From NCBI RefSeq assembly GCF_036321535.1, contig NC_087437.1:74092001-74156000 (forward strand): a stretch of DNA of 64,000 nucleotides, read 5' to 3'. The stretch comes from Camelus dromedarius (taxonomy: Eukaryota). Below are positions 39,259 through 51,115 of this stretch, one piece after another. Below the pieces are notes generated by a model. That model saw nothing but the letters and a program-made list of their open reading frames with translations, was not told where the DNA came from and did not search any database. Both the position numbers and the translations under genes were made by a program. How positions within the stretch are numbered: the first letter of the stretch is position 1; each line of letters starts with the position of its first letter.

Positions 39259-39290
39259 AGGAACTTCCCAACACACTAACATATGTTGAA

Positions 39291-39378
<88 letters not shown>

Positions 39379-39418
39379 CATCTATCTATTTATCTAATTA
39401 TCTATCATCTATCTATCT
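39291..39418. repeat. Compound (TCTG)n(TCTA)n tetranucleotide microsatellite
   Basis: Direct reading. Confidence 0.97.
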
Positions 39419-39590
39419 TTAATGTGCATACAGATAACTTTACAATAAAACGTTGACAAATTCATACAGGCATACGTCCACCAATCCAGTATCATAAAGA
39501 ACAGTTCCCCATCCCAGAAACTCCCTCATGTACTCACTTTGTAATCAACTATTACTCTTTCCCCCAACCTGGCAATATCAAATTGTTTTA

Positions 39591-41317
39591 TTTTCCTTCC
39601 AGGTTTACTGAGGTATGATAGACAAATTGTATAATAAAGTATACAATGTGATGATTAATATATTGATAGACTGTGAAAGTTAATTAACGTATCCATCACC
39701 TTACTTTTTCCCTTAATTTTTAAGGGGGTGAGAACATTTAAATTCTATTCTCTTAGCAAAATTCAATTATACAATAAGTGTTATCAACTATCCTCAGAAC
39801 TTATTTATCTTATAACTGAAAGTTTGTACCCTTTTACCAACTTCTCCCTATTTTCCCATCCCCTGCCCCTGGCAACATTCTACTGTTTTCATCAGTTAAC
39901 CATTTTTTTTCCCCCACATATAAACAAACAATACCATGCAGATTTGTCTTTCTCTCTCTAGCTTATTTCACTTAACATAACGCCTTCCATGTTCATCCAC
40001 ATTGTTGAAAACTGTAGCATTTCCTTCTTTTTAAAGCCTGAATAATGTTCCTCTGTCTGTCTGTCTGTCTGTCTTACCTATCTATCTATCTCTAAATCTA
40101 TATATATAGATATCTCACATTTTATTTATCCGTTCATTCAACAAAGGACACTAAAGCTGTTTCCATACTTCCATAGCTTAGTTCTTGTGAATAAAGCTGC
40201 TATGAACATCGGAGTACAGATATCTCTTCCCATTCCCTCTGGCCTTTTATCCAGAAGTGAGATTCCTGGATAATATGGTAGTTCTATCTGTAATTTTTTG
40301 AGGACCCTGGATACTGTTTTTCATAGCAGCTATACCAATATACATTCCTACCAACAGTGCACAAGTGTTCCCTTTTCTCCACATCTTCACCAGCATTTGC
40401 TGTCTCCTGTCTTTTTGATGATAGCCATCCTGGGATTGGGAGATTAGCAATTTTGTTTGTTCCCTCTACACTGAGCTTTATGAGGATAACCATTTTAAAA
40501 TTGCTTCTTTGTCGGCTATAGTCCTATGGGACTCAAAAGTGGAAGTCTCTTTGGCTATCAGAGCCAGAAGATCCAGACAGATATCCATCATTTGTGTGGC
40601 AGTCATAAAGCTGGAGCACAGATGTGTATACAAGCTCCTTCCAGGAAGCTACTGGTGACTTGGAGTGGGTTTGAGGGAGAGGCGTCCACCAGTATCACTG
40701 GTGTCTAGGGAGGATTACAGCCAACCCCTTGTGCATGCCAAATTAGAAGCCTAGTCCTCAAGCAGCAGTGTTTAAAGTATGCAGATAAACTCAGGGAAAG
40801 ACTAGCAGATGGGCAGTTCCGCCTGTTGACTCTGCACTGATCCCTGGGAGGATTGCTCTGGGGTGTACTGCTCATCACTCCTTAAGGGCTGCTTCTTTGT
40901 TTGCTATAGTCTTGTGGGGCTTGTGGACACAAGTCCTGTTGGCTTTCAAAGCTAGGTGTTTGGGGAGCCCCTCCCTCCAGTAGGAGTCTTAAAAGCTGGG
41001 GCTAGATATGAGGCCCACACCCTTTGCTATTTAGGGAGAAGCTGGTTGTGGGAGGTTCCCTCCAGACTGTGTAGCACTGGTAGCATGGTGCAGGTCAGAG
41101 TTTACGGTGACAGTGTGTCTCAGACTTTCCTACCCAATTAGATGTGGGTATTTTCTCATTCGTCTGATAAGGAGGAGTTATCTCAGCCAGTTTGTGGATC
41201 TCTTTCAGAGGGAACTGCTCCATGTGTAGCTGCACCTTCTTTGTGTCTGTGCAAGGAAGGGAGCTCAGAAGCCTTCTGTGCTGCTGTCTTGATCAACATC
41301 CCTGATGTACTTTTCAC
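39591..41317 (-). mobile_element. Old L1 in which the 5'UTR and ORF1 start are joined directly to the ORF2 end and 3'UTR, nested in another minus-strand L1 3' relic (~38690-41630)
   Basis: Minus-strand 5' motif gatcaagacagcagcacagaagg near 41294. Junction at 40429/40430. 3'UTR runs to ~39591. Imperfect flanking repeat caaattgtttta / caatttgtttta. Confidence 0.6.
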
Positions 41318-41917
41318 CAATTTGTTTTACATCCCTATAATTTTTCCTTTGAAAGAATGCCATGTAATAGAATTTTGTACAAAACGTAGTTTTTGGGGTT
41401 TGGCTTCCTTCACTAAGCAAAATACCGGTAAGATTTGTCCATGTTATTAAGTGAATTGATAGCTCTTCCTTTTTGATTGCTGCACACAATTCCATTTTAT
41501 GGATGAAACATAGACTATTTATCCTTTCACCTGTTACAGGACATCTTGGTTGTTTCCAGTTTTTCAAGATTGTAAATTACAAAGTTTATATAAACATTTA
41601 CATATAGGTCTTTGAATAAATGTAAGTACTTTTAAAAAGTTTGCTTAGATATAATTTGTAAAATGTGCCCATTTCAAGTGTACACTATTATTTTATATAT
41701 TCACAGATATGAAGAAACATCACTGGGATTTAGAACATTTTCATTACCTCAAAAAAGAAACCCTGTGCCCTTTAGCTATCCCCCTCCCTATCTCTGCTTC
41801 TCCTTTACCAACCCTAAGAAAACACTAACCTATTTTCTGTCTTGCCTTTCCTGGGCATTTTATAAAAAAAAGAATTTCTCCTTATGTCTCAATTTCAGCA
41901 TTTTTACTCTTAAGTCT

Positions 41918-42090
41918 TTTCAACATAAAGAAAAATGACAACATGAGAGTTGTGAAGCTAAGTTTTACTCAGAGCCTCACTGAGGACTATGGTCTGGGAG
42001 ACAGCCAGTCAGTAGCTCTGAGTAAACTACTTCACAGAGGTAGGAGAGAAGCCAGTATATATATACTTTTAACTTTACCTTTATCTTTAT

Positions 42091-42145
<55 letters not shown>

Positions 42146-44905
42146 TACATATACATATATATACATATATACATATACCTATACTACATGCATTTCCTAG
42201 TCAAAAATATCATACATATGATTTTTTTTTTTTTTTTTGGCTAGGAAATGCATGTAGTCAAACACCTGTCTTGATAAAAGATGACTGCTAATCACAAAGA
42301 ATAGATATCTCAAGTTAATGATTTTAGTGCTCTTCTATATATGGGAAAATGTAAGAAATGGGATTGTTGAAATTCTTCCTGAGATATGCGTCTAACTGTC
42401 TAGGGGACCTTTACCCAAAGCACAGAGTGCCTTATCCTGCTTTTCATCCTGAATTCCCCACGGGGTGCACTCCTGGTGAGCAACTGCAGTGGGCTGCAAC
42501 TTACCCACTGTGTAGCTGGTTGATGGGTAGCACTGTTCTTTCTTGTTCACAGTCTCCCCTGTTTTGGCCATAAATTCAAGGCTTTGGAGGCATTTTATGC
42601 CTCAGAAAGAACATAGCTGAAACATTCTTTGACATAAATTGCAGCAATATTTTCTTAGATCATTCTCTCAAGGCAAAATGAATGTTTCAGTATCTCATTT
42701 TATTTGGGAATGACCTACATATTCAATAAATTCCCATCATTTAACTTAATTTAGTAAAACTCAAGTTTCAAGTTGTCAAAAATGTTTGGAGAAAATACTT
42801 TAAAGTAAGTATACCAAAAAACATAATTACTCTTAAAGAGTTCACTAAAAACTCTCATCCCATTTACATTTATTTAACTTGTTCCCAGAATTATATTTAG
42901 ATTGCCCACGGAAACTTCATGAAACATTAGAGAGAGTCAAACATCATCCCAAGCGATTTTTCTTGTGGACAAATTTTGTAACAGAGATAACATGAACTTA
43001 TTTGACTAGTAAATCCAGGTAGAATAGAAGATTTATATTTAATGTTAATAAGACTAAAGACATGCCTACTTAAATAACTTCAAATTTGCTTTTATTTACT
43101 AAAGATTAATCTTACATATTGTGAACTTGAAAAAACATTTGGGTTAATTTTTATTAAATTTAGATATATTTAATTCATAATTGCTTACTTTTAAGCTAAT
43201 TAAACAGAGCTCTTTGTGAATTAGATTTTGGGTGAGGGAGACATTCCAGCAGTTTGTACTTTTAAAAGGGCCTCTTTTCCTTTTTTTCTTTGGTTTCACA
43301 GGTTCCACCTGTTTGAGTTAACTAGTCTCAGGACCAGGTTATAATGGGCTGTATTTACATTTATGATTTGCATAGATTTGCAAGACAAAGACAATTGCTT
43401 TTAATTCCCCACAAAACTGGGCTGCTGCCTAAATGGTATCAAAGGACTGATCTGCCCAATTACATTTTAAACATTTGTTTATTTTTATCTGTGAAAAGAT
43501 TTCTATGTTCTAGGACTTCGGGGTTTGATGCATCATGCCTTCCAAAAGTTTGCACAAGGCATTCAGCAAAAGGCCCTTTTCCCAACCCCAGACCAATTTA
43601 TGCTACAGGTAGAAGTCTCCTTTATTGTTTCTACTACCCTCTGAATATTAGTCCTCAGTTTTCATCTCATGCAATGTGGACTCAGGTAACCTTACTGGTT
43701 CCCATTAGCATGTTTAATTAACATTGCCTGAGGGGCATTTATATGCTGGTTTATAATACCAGGCAGAGGAAGCTTAACTCCTCTACGTGTTACCTTGAGT
43801 CACTTCAGCTCCTCTACCTGTCTCAGTTCCTCCCTCTGGCAGCCTAAAACCTTGCTAGCACTCAGAGCATTGGATGGTCAATCCTTATGTGTACATCCCC
43901 AGAAGAGTGATTTTTTAAATTAATGACGTTTCCTTTTGGGAGTGCTGTATGGTATGAGGACTTGGCTCTAACACTCCTGGAAATTTATCAGTTGCCCAAG
44001 AAAGCTGTAACAGGCTGGGGTAGGAGTGTCTCTTACCTTCGTAACTAAAAACTCTGATATGGCACCTTCACTTTTATTCTGACAAACTCTGTTAAAGTAG
44101 CCAATTCAAAGAAAGACACTAGGTCAGCCCCTTACCTAATCATCCAGTCCAAAGCTTCCCAGTGTCTTTCAACTGAGCCCTCTCAATGTCTTTCAACTGA
44201 TAACTCAAGTACCGCTTCCTAACTGCCTTAAGTTCATGGAAACCTACTTCTCAAAGTGAGGAGTTTACTAATCGCCAAATACAAGTCAAGATTGTCAACT
44301 AAGATGGAAGATCTGAGGTCAGAAGACACTTACTGAGTAGTCCGGACTTGCTGAGGAGGTGGATGAGCACAAGGGAACCTTGCTGACACCAAGACCCTGG
44401 ATTATTGTAGAGTTCAGACAAGTCTGCTCTGGGTCCCTTCATGGTTGCCAAAACTGTCAAAGAAAATACACAACATGAGAGTTGTGAGTTTAAGTTTTAT
44501 TCAGAGTCTTACTGAGACTATGCCCTAGAAGACAACCACTCAGAAGCTCTCAGAAAACTGCTGCACAGAGGTAGGAGAGAAGCCAGTAATATATGTGACT
44601 TTTTTTTTTTTTGTCTAGGAAAATATAGAGTCAAGCATACACCTTGGGAAAAGATTACTATTACTGCTAGTCACAAAGAACAGATATCTCAAGTTAATGA
44701 CCAGTGCTTTTCTATATATGAGAAGATGTAAGAATCTGGGATTATTAAAATTTTTCCTGAGATATGCATCTCACTACCTAGGGGCCTTATGAGTGCCTCA
44801 TCTTGTTTTTTCATCCTCAATTTCCCTCAGGGTACACGGTCAGTGGGCTGCAACTTAACCCTTATATAATTGGTTGATGAGTAACACTGAGCTTTTTTGT
44901 TTATA
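41918..44905 (-). mobile_element. Internally deleted ERV1 provirus with two MER41-like LTRs
   Basis: Homologous LTRs at 41918-42551 and 44455-44905. Primer-binding site at 44433-44450. Polypurine tract aggggagac at 42552-42560 (minus). AT-rich non-coding interior of ~1.9 kb. Confidence 0.85.
44433..44450 (-). promoter_or_regulatory. Primer-binding site, tRNA-Arg type
   Basis: TGGCAACCATGAAGGGAC lies 4 nt after the 5' LTR. It differs from the complement of the tRNA-Arg 3' end (TGGCGACCACGAAGGGAC) by two CpG-type transitions. Confidence 0.8.
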
Positions 44906-45570
44906 ACCTGAGTATCTCTTTGCATTTACCTTACTTGGAGTTCACGGAGCTTCCTGGACATGCAGGTTATTGTTTTTCAGTAAATGTGTAGTGTGTTCAG
45001 CCATTTTATCTTTTGATATTTTTCTGCTTCTTGCCCTCTTGGTGTTCCTTCTGCCTTTCCATTATCCGTATGTTGTCCTTACTAGTGCCCCATATTTCTC
45101 TGAGATGCTGTCATTTTCCTTCATTCCTTCCTCTCTCTGCTCTTTGGAGGGCATAGTTTCTCAGTCTGTCTCTAGTTTCACTAATTCCTTCTTCCACCAG
45201 TTCAAATCTAATGTTAAGTGCCTCCAGTGAATCTATTTCAATTATTATACTTTCAACCCCAAAATTTCCATTTGGTTGCTTATTCCATATCTTACTGATA
45301 TTCTGTATCTGACTTCACATTGTTGTCACATCTTCTTTAATTATTGAATCATGTTTTCCTCTAGTTATTGGACATCTTTATAATGGCTACTTTGAAGCCT
45401 GTTTTAGTTAACCCCAACATCTGGTTGCTCTCACAGGCAGTTTCTGTTGCCTGCCCTTTTTCCAATGGTAAGTTATACATTTCTGGGTCTCTGCATGTCC
45501 CATACATTTTCAATGGAAACTGGACATTTTAGACAATATATTGTAGCAACTCTAGGTACTGGTTTCCCAA
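44906..45570 (-). mobile_element. Ancient L1 ORF1-region relic (host of the ERV1 insertion; left part at ~41870-41917)
   Basis: ttacttggagttcacggagcttcctggac...ttcagccatt is antisense L1 ORF1 sequence. Confidence 0.7.
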
Positions 45571-46955
45571 TCATTTTAATTAGAAAAAGAAAAAAAACCA
45601 GCTATAATTAAAATATCCTGTTCTTACAATCATAGTGTCTCAGAATACAAAAGTCCCTTAGAGGTCATATAAAACTAATTACTTTATAATGCTTGAGTCC
45701 CCTCCATTAAAGCCCTGAAATTAAGCAACTGTAACACCTACCAAGAAAAGTTTGTAAAAGTGACTAATGTTTATTTAGGTTAAATTTGACTGAGGTGTGA
45801 TATTCATCTTTTAAAGTTCTAGAATATTTTAGTGCTATATCTTGTGTACTACTCTGGTTTCAAATAATACAGCAGAAACAATTTTTAATTACAAGTGAAT
45901 AGAATGACTTGGTTTTATTTGGGCTTTTATATATATATATATATACAGTCAATAAAATTCTATAAATGTCCCAAAATTTCTGAGCTCAGTATTTGTTATC
46001 AATAAAATATAGGTCATAAAACTTTATTCACCTAACATCATTAGATGAGTTTTAAATAACATAGTAAGTGACATCAATTTATAAAACTGTGGAGAGAGAT
46101 TATATTTTCTTTTGGGAATATATGGACTGTTTATAAAAATTGACCATATCTTGGACCATACAGACAAAATATGAGTTGATATATTCCCACATTCAAGAGC
46201 ATAGGGATTTTTAACAAAATACCATAAAATGAGAATTTAGAAATATTTAAATAGTTAAAATAAGTACCATAAGCCCATCATTCTTAAGTCAAAGAGGAAT
46301 TCACATGGACAAAAAACATATTTAGAAATGAAGCTGAAAATAGTGCAAACACTGCATGTCAAAAATTTATGGTAAACAGCTGAAGCAGTCCTTTGAGAGA
46401 ACTTTACTAAAATACATTTACTAGAGAAAAAGCAAAATTGAAACCTAGGAGGGCAGCATTCTAATAAATATAAGCAAAAAATAAGAAAATAAATAATATA
46501 GATGAAGGCATAAGTCAATGAGATAGAGAAAACTAATAAAATCAGTATTAACAACACCAAAAGCCAGTTCCTTGAAAATATAAATAACATAGAGAAATCT
46601 ATGGCAAGAAAAGATCACGAATGAAAGAAAAAGAAGCCAAAGACAACAAACAAAATATAGAGCAAAGTAAAAAGGAGAAAAAGCTGCAAAGAAAACCATC
46701 AGGATTGAAAAAGTAAGAGTCTGGTTTTTCCTTAGGATGTAGAAAGTTACAACAGAACAGTGTTCCCACCTAGCAGTAAGGAGTCAAATAATTTACAAAA
46801 TATTACTTCTGCATTTGAGCCAAGAGAATGCCTCAAGTTGAGAGAAAACTGAATTCTAAAAATTACAAATCTCTCTGGGGAGAGATAAGACCAATGAACT
46901 CTATGAACACAAGACGAAACAATAGCAGTCATTAAAATGGATAAGAACAATTACA

Positions 46956-46974
46956 TTTTGTTTTGTTTTGTTTT

Positions 46975-47031
<57 letters not shown>

Positions 47032-47680
47032 AGTCAGTTTACAATGTTTGTTAATTTCTGGTGTACAGCATAATGCTTCAGTCATACATGAATATACACA
47101 TTCATTTTCATATTCTTTTTCACTGTAAGTTATTTACAAGATATTGAATATAGTTCCTGGTTTTATACAGTATGATCTTGTTGTTTATCTATTTTTTATA
47201 TAGTAGTTAGTATCTGCAAACCTTTAACTCCCAATTTATCCCTTCCCATCCCCTTGCCCCCTGGTAACCGTAAGTTTGTTTTCTATGTCTGTGAGTCTGT
47301 TTCCGTTTTGTAAGTAAGTTCGCTTGTCTTTATTTTTTAGATTCCAGTATAAGAGGTATCATATGGTATTTTTCTTTCTCTTTCTGGCTTACTTCACTTA
47401 GAATGACAGTCTTCAGGTCCAACTATGTTGCTGCAAATGGCATTATTATTTTTATGGCTGAGGAGTATTCCATTGTATAAATATACCACAACTTCTTTAT
47501 CCAGTCATCTGCCGATGGACATTAGGTTGCTTCCATGTCTTGGCTATTGTAAATAGTGCTTCTATGAACACTGGGGTGCATGTATCTTTTTGAATTAAGG
47601 TTCCCTTTGGATATATGTCCAGGAGTGGGATTGCCGGATCATATGATAAGTCTATTTTTAGTCTTTTGAGGAATTTCCAC
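46956..47680 (-). mobile_element. 5'-truncated L1 3' end related to the full-length family, with a (TA)n expansion
   Basis: The minus strand encodes FLKRLKIDLSYDPAIPLL...[19 protein letters not shown]. The 3'UTR is homologous to 8180-8490. Confidence 0.9.
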
Positions 47681-49576
47681 ATATATAAAGGCACAAAGAT
47701 AAGAATTACGGCATACTTCTAATCAAAACTATGCAAGCCAGAACATAAACAATTACATCTTTATGATACTGAAAGCAAAAGGAGGTAAGTCTTCAAAATG
47801 AAGTTAAAATAAAAACCATTTTCCAGCCAAAAAACTGACAGGACTCCCTGCCAGAAGACTATAAATACTTAAAGAAGTTCTTCAAACAGAAGGAATATGA
47901 TGCCAGACAGAAACTTAGATACCATGTATGCATGCAAAACCACAAGCACACACACACTCATACACACAATACAAAATTGTACATGATGAAGAACATGGAA
48001 ATAGTAAAAATGTGGGCAAACGTAAAATGTAATTTTTTAAAAATTTAAACTCTTCATAAGGTAATTGGCTTTCTAAGGTAAGCATAGAAACATTATACTG
48101 TGAAGTTTATAATATATGTAGAATTAAAGTGTATAACAGTAACAATTTAAAATATAAGGTAAGGTTTAACATAGTCACACTACATACATGAACTGACATT
48201 ATATGATTGGGAGGTAGACAATGACAAATTAAAGATGTGTATTATACATCCTAGAAACCAATAAAAATTAAAATATCTAAAACTAATACGCCAATAATTG
48301 ATATTAAATGATAATAAAATTCAAATAATTTAAAAGAAATCAGAAAAAAATAAAAAGAGCAAAGAACAGATTCTCCAATTCGAAAATAAAAAGAAAGATG
48401 GTAACTTTAAACCCAACTATATCAAAATTGCATGAAATGTTCTAAATAATCAGTTAAGTCAGGGATTGCCAGTCTATATAACAAATAAAAACTTAAACCA
48501 TATACTATGCAAAAGAAATATACTTTAAATGTAAAGACATAGGTTAAGAAGTAAAATGCTAGAAAATTATATACAAGGCAAATACTGATCAAAAGATATC
48601 AGAAGCTATGTTAATATGTGACAAAGTAGACTTCAGAACAAGATTTAACACAAGAGGTAAAGAAAATGTAGATATATAGGTATAGATATATACACACACA
48701 CACAGCAATTAGGAAGTTACAACAATCCTAAATGTGCAGCTAATGACAGGAATTTAATACATGAAGAGAAAAACTAATGCAACTGAAAAGAAAAATAGAC
48801 TCATTCACATTTATTGTTAGAGTCTTCAACATTCCTCTCTCAAGAACTGATAGAACAGATAGCTAAAAAACGAATAAAGAAGATTTGAAAACCACTATCA
48901 ACATAATTGACCTGACATTTACAGAGTACCTCATCCAGCAATAGTAAATACACATTCTTTCAAGTGCATACAGAACATATACTATAGCAGATATATTCTG
49001 AATTGTAAAGAAATCTCAACAAATTCAAAGACTGAAATCAAAATGTTCTCTGATCATAACAGAATTAAATTAGAAATCAGTAACAAAAGATCTATGAAAA
49101 ATTGCTAACTATTTAGCAATTAAACAGTACACCTCAAAATAATCCTTTGGTCAAATAAAAAAAATCATAAGAAAAATAGGAAGTACTTTGAATGGTAAAT
49201 AAATACTTTGGAGACAAAGGATTCATACTGAAGTTCCAAACATACGAACAATGAAAATTTGTGAGATGCAGTTATTACTGGGAAATTTATAACAATAAAT
49301 GCTTATACTAGAAAACAAGAAAGGTCCTAAACCTGTGATCTAATTTTATACTATCAAAATTAAAAAATTGTTTTAAAAAGAGCAAATTAAAACCCAAAGA
49401 TAGCAGAAGAAAAACCAAACAAAAATAAGAGCAGAAACCAATGACATTTGAAACAGAAAATGACAGAAACATCAATGACACTGGAGAAAGATTAATAAAA
49501 TTAATAAACTCCTAGTCATAGTGGTCAAGAGAAAAAAAGGAAGAAACACAAATTACCAATATTAAAAATGAAAGAG

Positions 49577-49675
49577 CAGGGCTGGGTACAGCTCAGTGGT
49601 AGAGCGCATGCTGAGCATGTATGAGGTCTTGGGTTCAATCCCCAGTACCTCCATTAAATAAAATAATTTTATATA
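49577..49675 (+). mobile_element. tRNA-derived SINE, camelid vic-1-like
   Basis: A box cagctcagtgg, B box ggttcaatccc (49632-49642), AT-rich tail, and 14-bp TSD taaaaatgaaagag at 49563-49576 and 49676-49689. Confidence 0.88.
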
Positions 49676-50799
49676 TAAAAATGAAAGAGGGGCTATCACT
49701 AGAGATCTGGCAGACTGTAAAAGTATGATAAGGGAATATTACAAATAAACATGCCAATAAATTTGATAATATAGATTAAAATAAACAAATTCGTTAAAGG
49801 AACCAACTGATTAAATTCATTAGAAAAGAAATACATACTATGATTAATATTCCTATATCTTTTAAAGAGATAGATATTGAAGTTAATTACCTTAGACAAA
49901 GTTTAAAACCCAGTCACAGGCATTACTTTGAATTCTGCAAAATATTCAAGGAAGAAACAATGTAATTTCTACACTAATATTACCAGAAAATAGAAAAGGG
50001 AAAACATTTTCCAACTTATTTTTTAAGTTTGCATTACCCTGAAACAAAATGCAGGCAGACATTACTCAAAATCAGAAAAAAAAAAAAAAAGAAGAAGAAA
50101 AACTACAGACCAATATCTCCTTTGAACTTAGAGACAAAAGGTCTTTAACACAACATTAACAATGATTCCACATTATTCTGGTGGTCCTAGTCCATGTAAT
50201 AAGGCAAGGGGAAAAAAACACCAAAAACATTAAAAAATCAGAGTAAAAAGATAAAAACCTATTTGTACACAATAGAATCATCTACATTAAAAAATTTCAA
50301 GAAATTTACAAAAGCCATAGGATATAAAGCTGCTATAATAAAATTAATAATGTTTGTATATATTGAAAAATTGTAAATTAGATTTTTAAGCAAAAAACAC
50401 TTTCCCAGGAAATTGAAGAGGCCCCATGGAAGAATAACAGCTCTTCCTTTCTCAGGAAGATTTCACACATGCTCTCCCCTCTCAAGAAACTTTCACCATC
50501 TCAAAGTGACTGAAAAGCCATAGAGCTAGCTCTTTTGTATTAGATAAAATATCATACGGAGATTAGTTTCATGCCCAGCTTGATATCTGATATACCATAC
50601 ACACCATGGACTCCTCAGAATGAAAGTTAGAGAAGATGTCTATTTTTACATTCTGTTACAAAAATTTTCAACAAAATTAGTTTTCCAATAAATTGGTGGT
50701 GAAGATAACCTCTACTGGTTGAATCATCTGAATTCTTAATGTTGAAAAATAGATCATATGAAATATAGATTTCTTTGTACTTGACAAAAATTCTTCTCT

Positions 50800-51115
50800 T
50801 TCAGATACTCCCAAGGCTCTCTGCCTCACTCTCAGCATGTCTCACATCAAATTTCACCCTTTTTGGCCACCATATAGCTAAAGTAACCCTCTCCTACTCT
50901 TCTTCAGTCTCTCAATCACAACTTCCTATTTTTATTTTAAAAATACTCATTACTATCTATAGTAACACACAGAGCTATGATTATCATCTGCATCTCTCAC
51001 TAAGCAAAAACTTCTGGAGAATAGAGTTGGACTTTTTTGTTCACAGCTATATCACTAGCATCTAGAACCTAGTGCATGTTTAAAACTCAATACATCTTTG
51101 TTGAATTAATTAATT
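50800..51115 (+). mobile_element. L2 3' end fragment
   Basis: ttgttcacagctatatcactagcatctagaac...ctcaatacatctttgttgaattaat. Confidence 0.7.

Larger units (their letters stand above)
46020..50390 (+). mobile_element. Ancient L1 relics (endonuclease fragment, then a 5' end/ORF1/ORF2 copy) interrupted by a younger L1 and a SINE
   Basis: Colinear decayed motifs: aaactatgcaagccagaa (ORF1), gacaaagtagacttcagaac and cacattctttcaagtgcatac (EN), aactacagaccaatatctc (RT). Confidence 0.8.

Noticed and set aside
49577..49655. Functional tRNA gene
   Set aside because: Flanked by TSDs and an AT-rich tail, with imperfect stems; it is a SINE.
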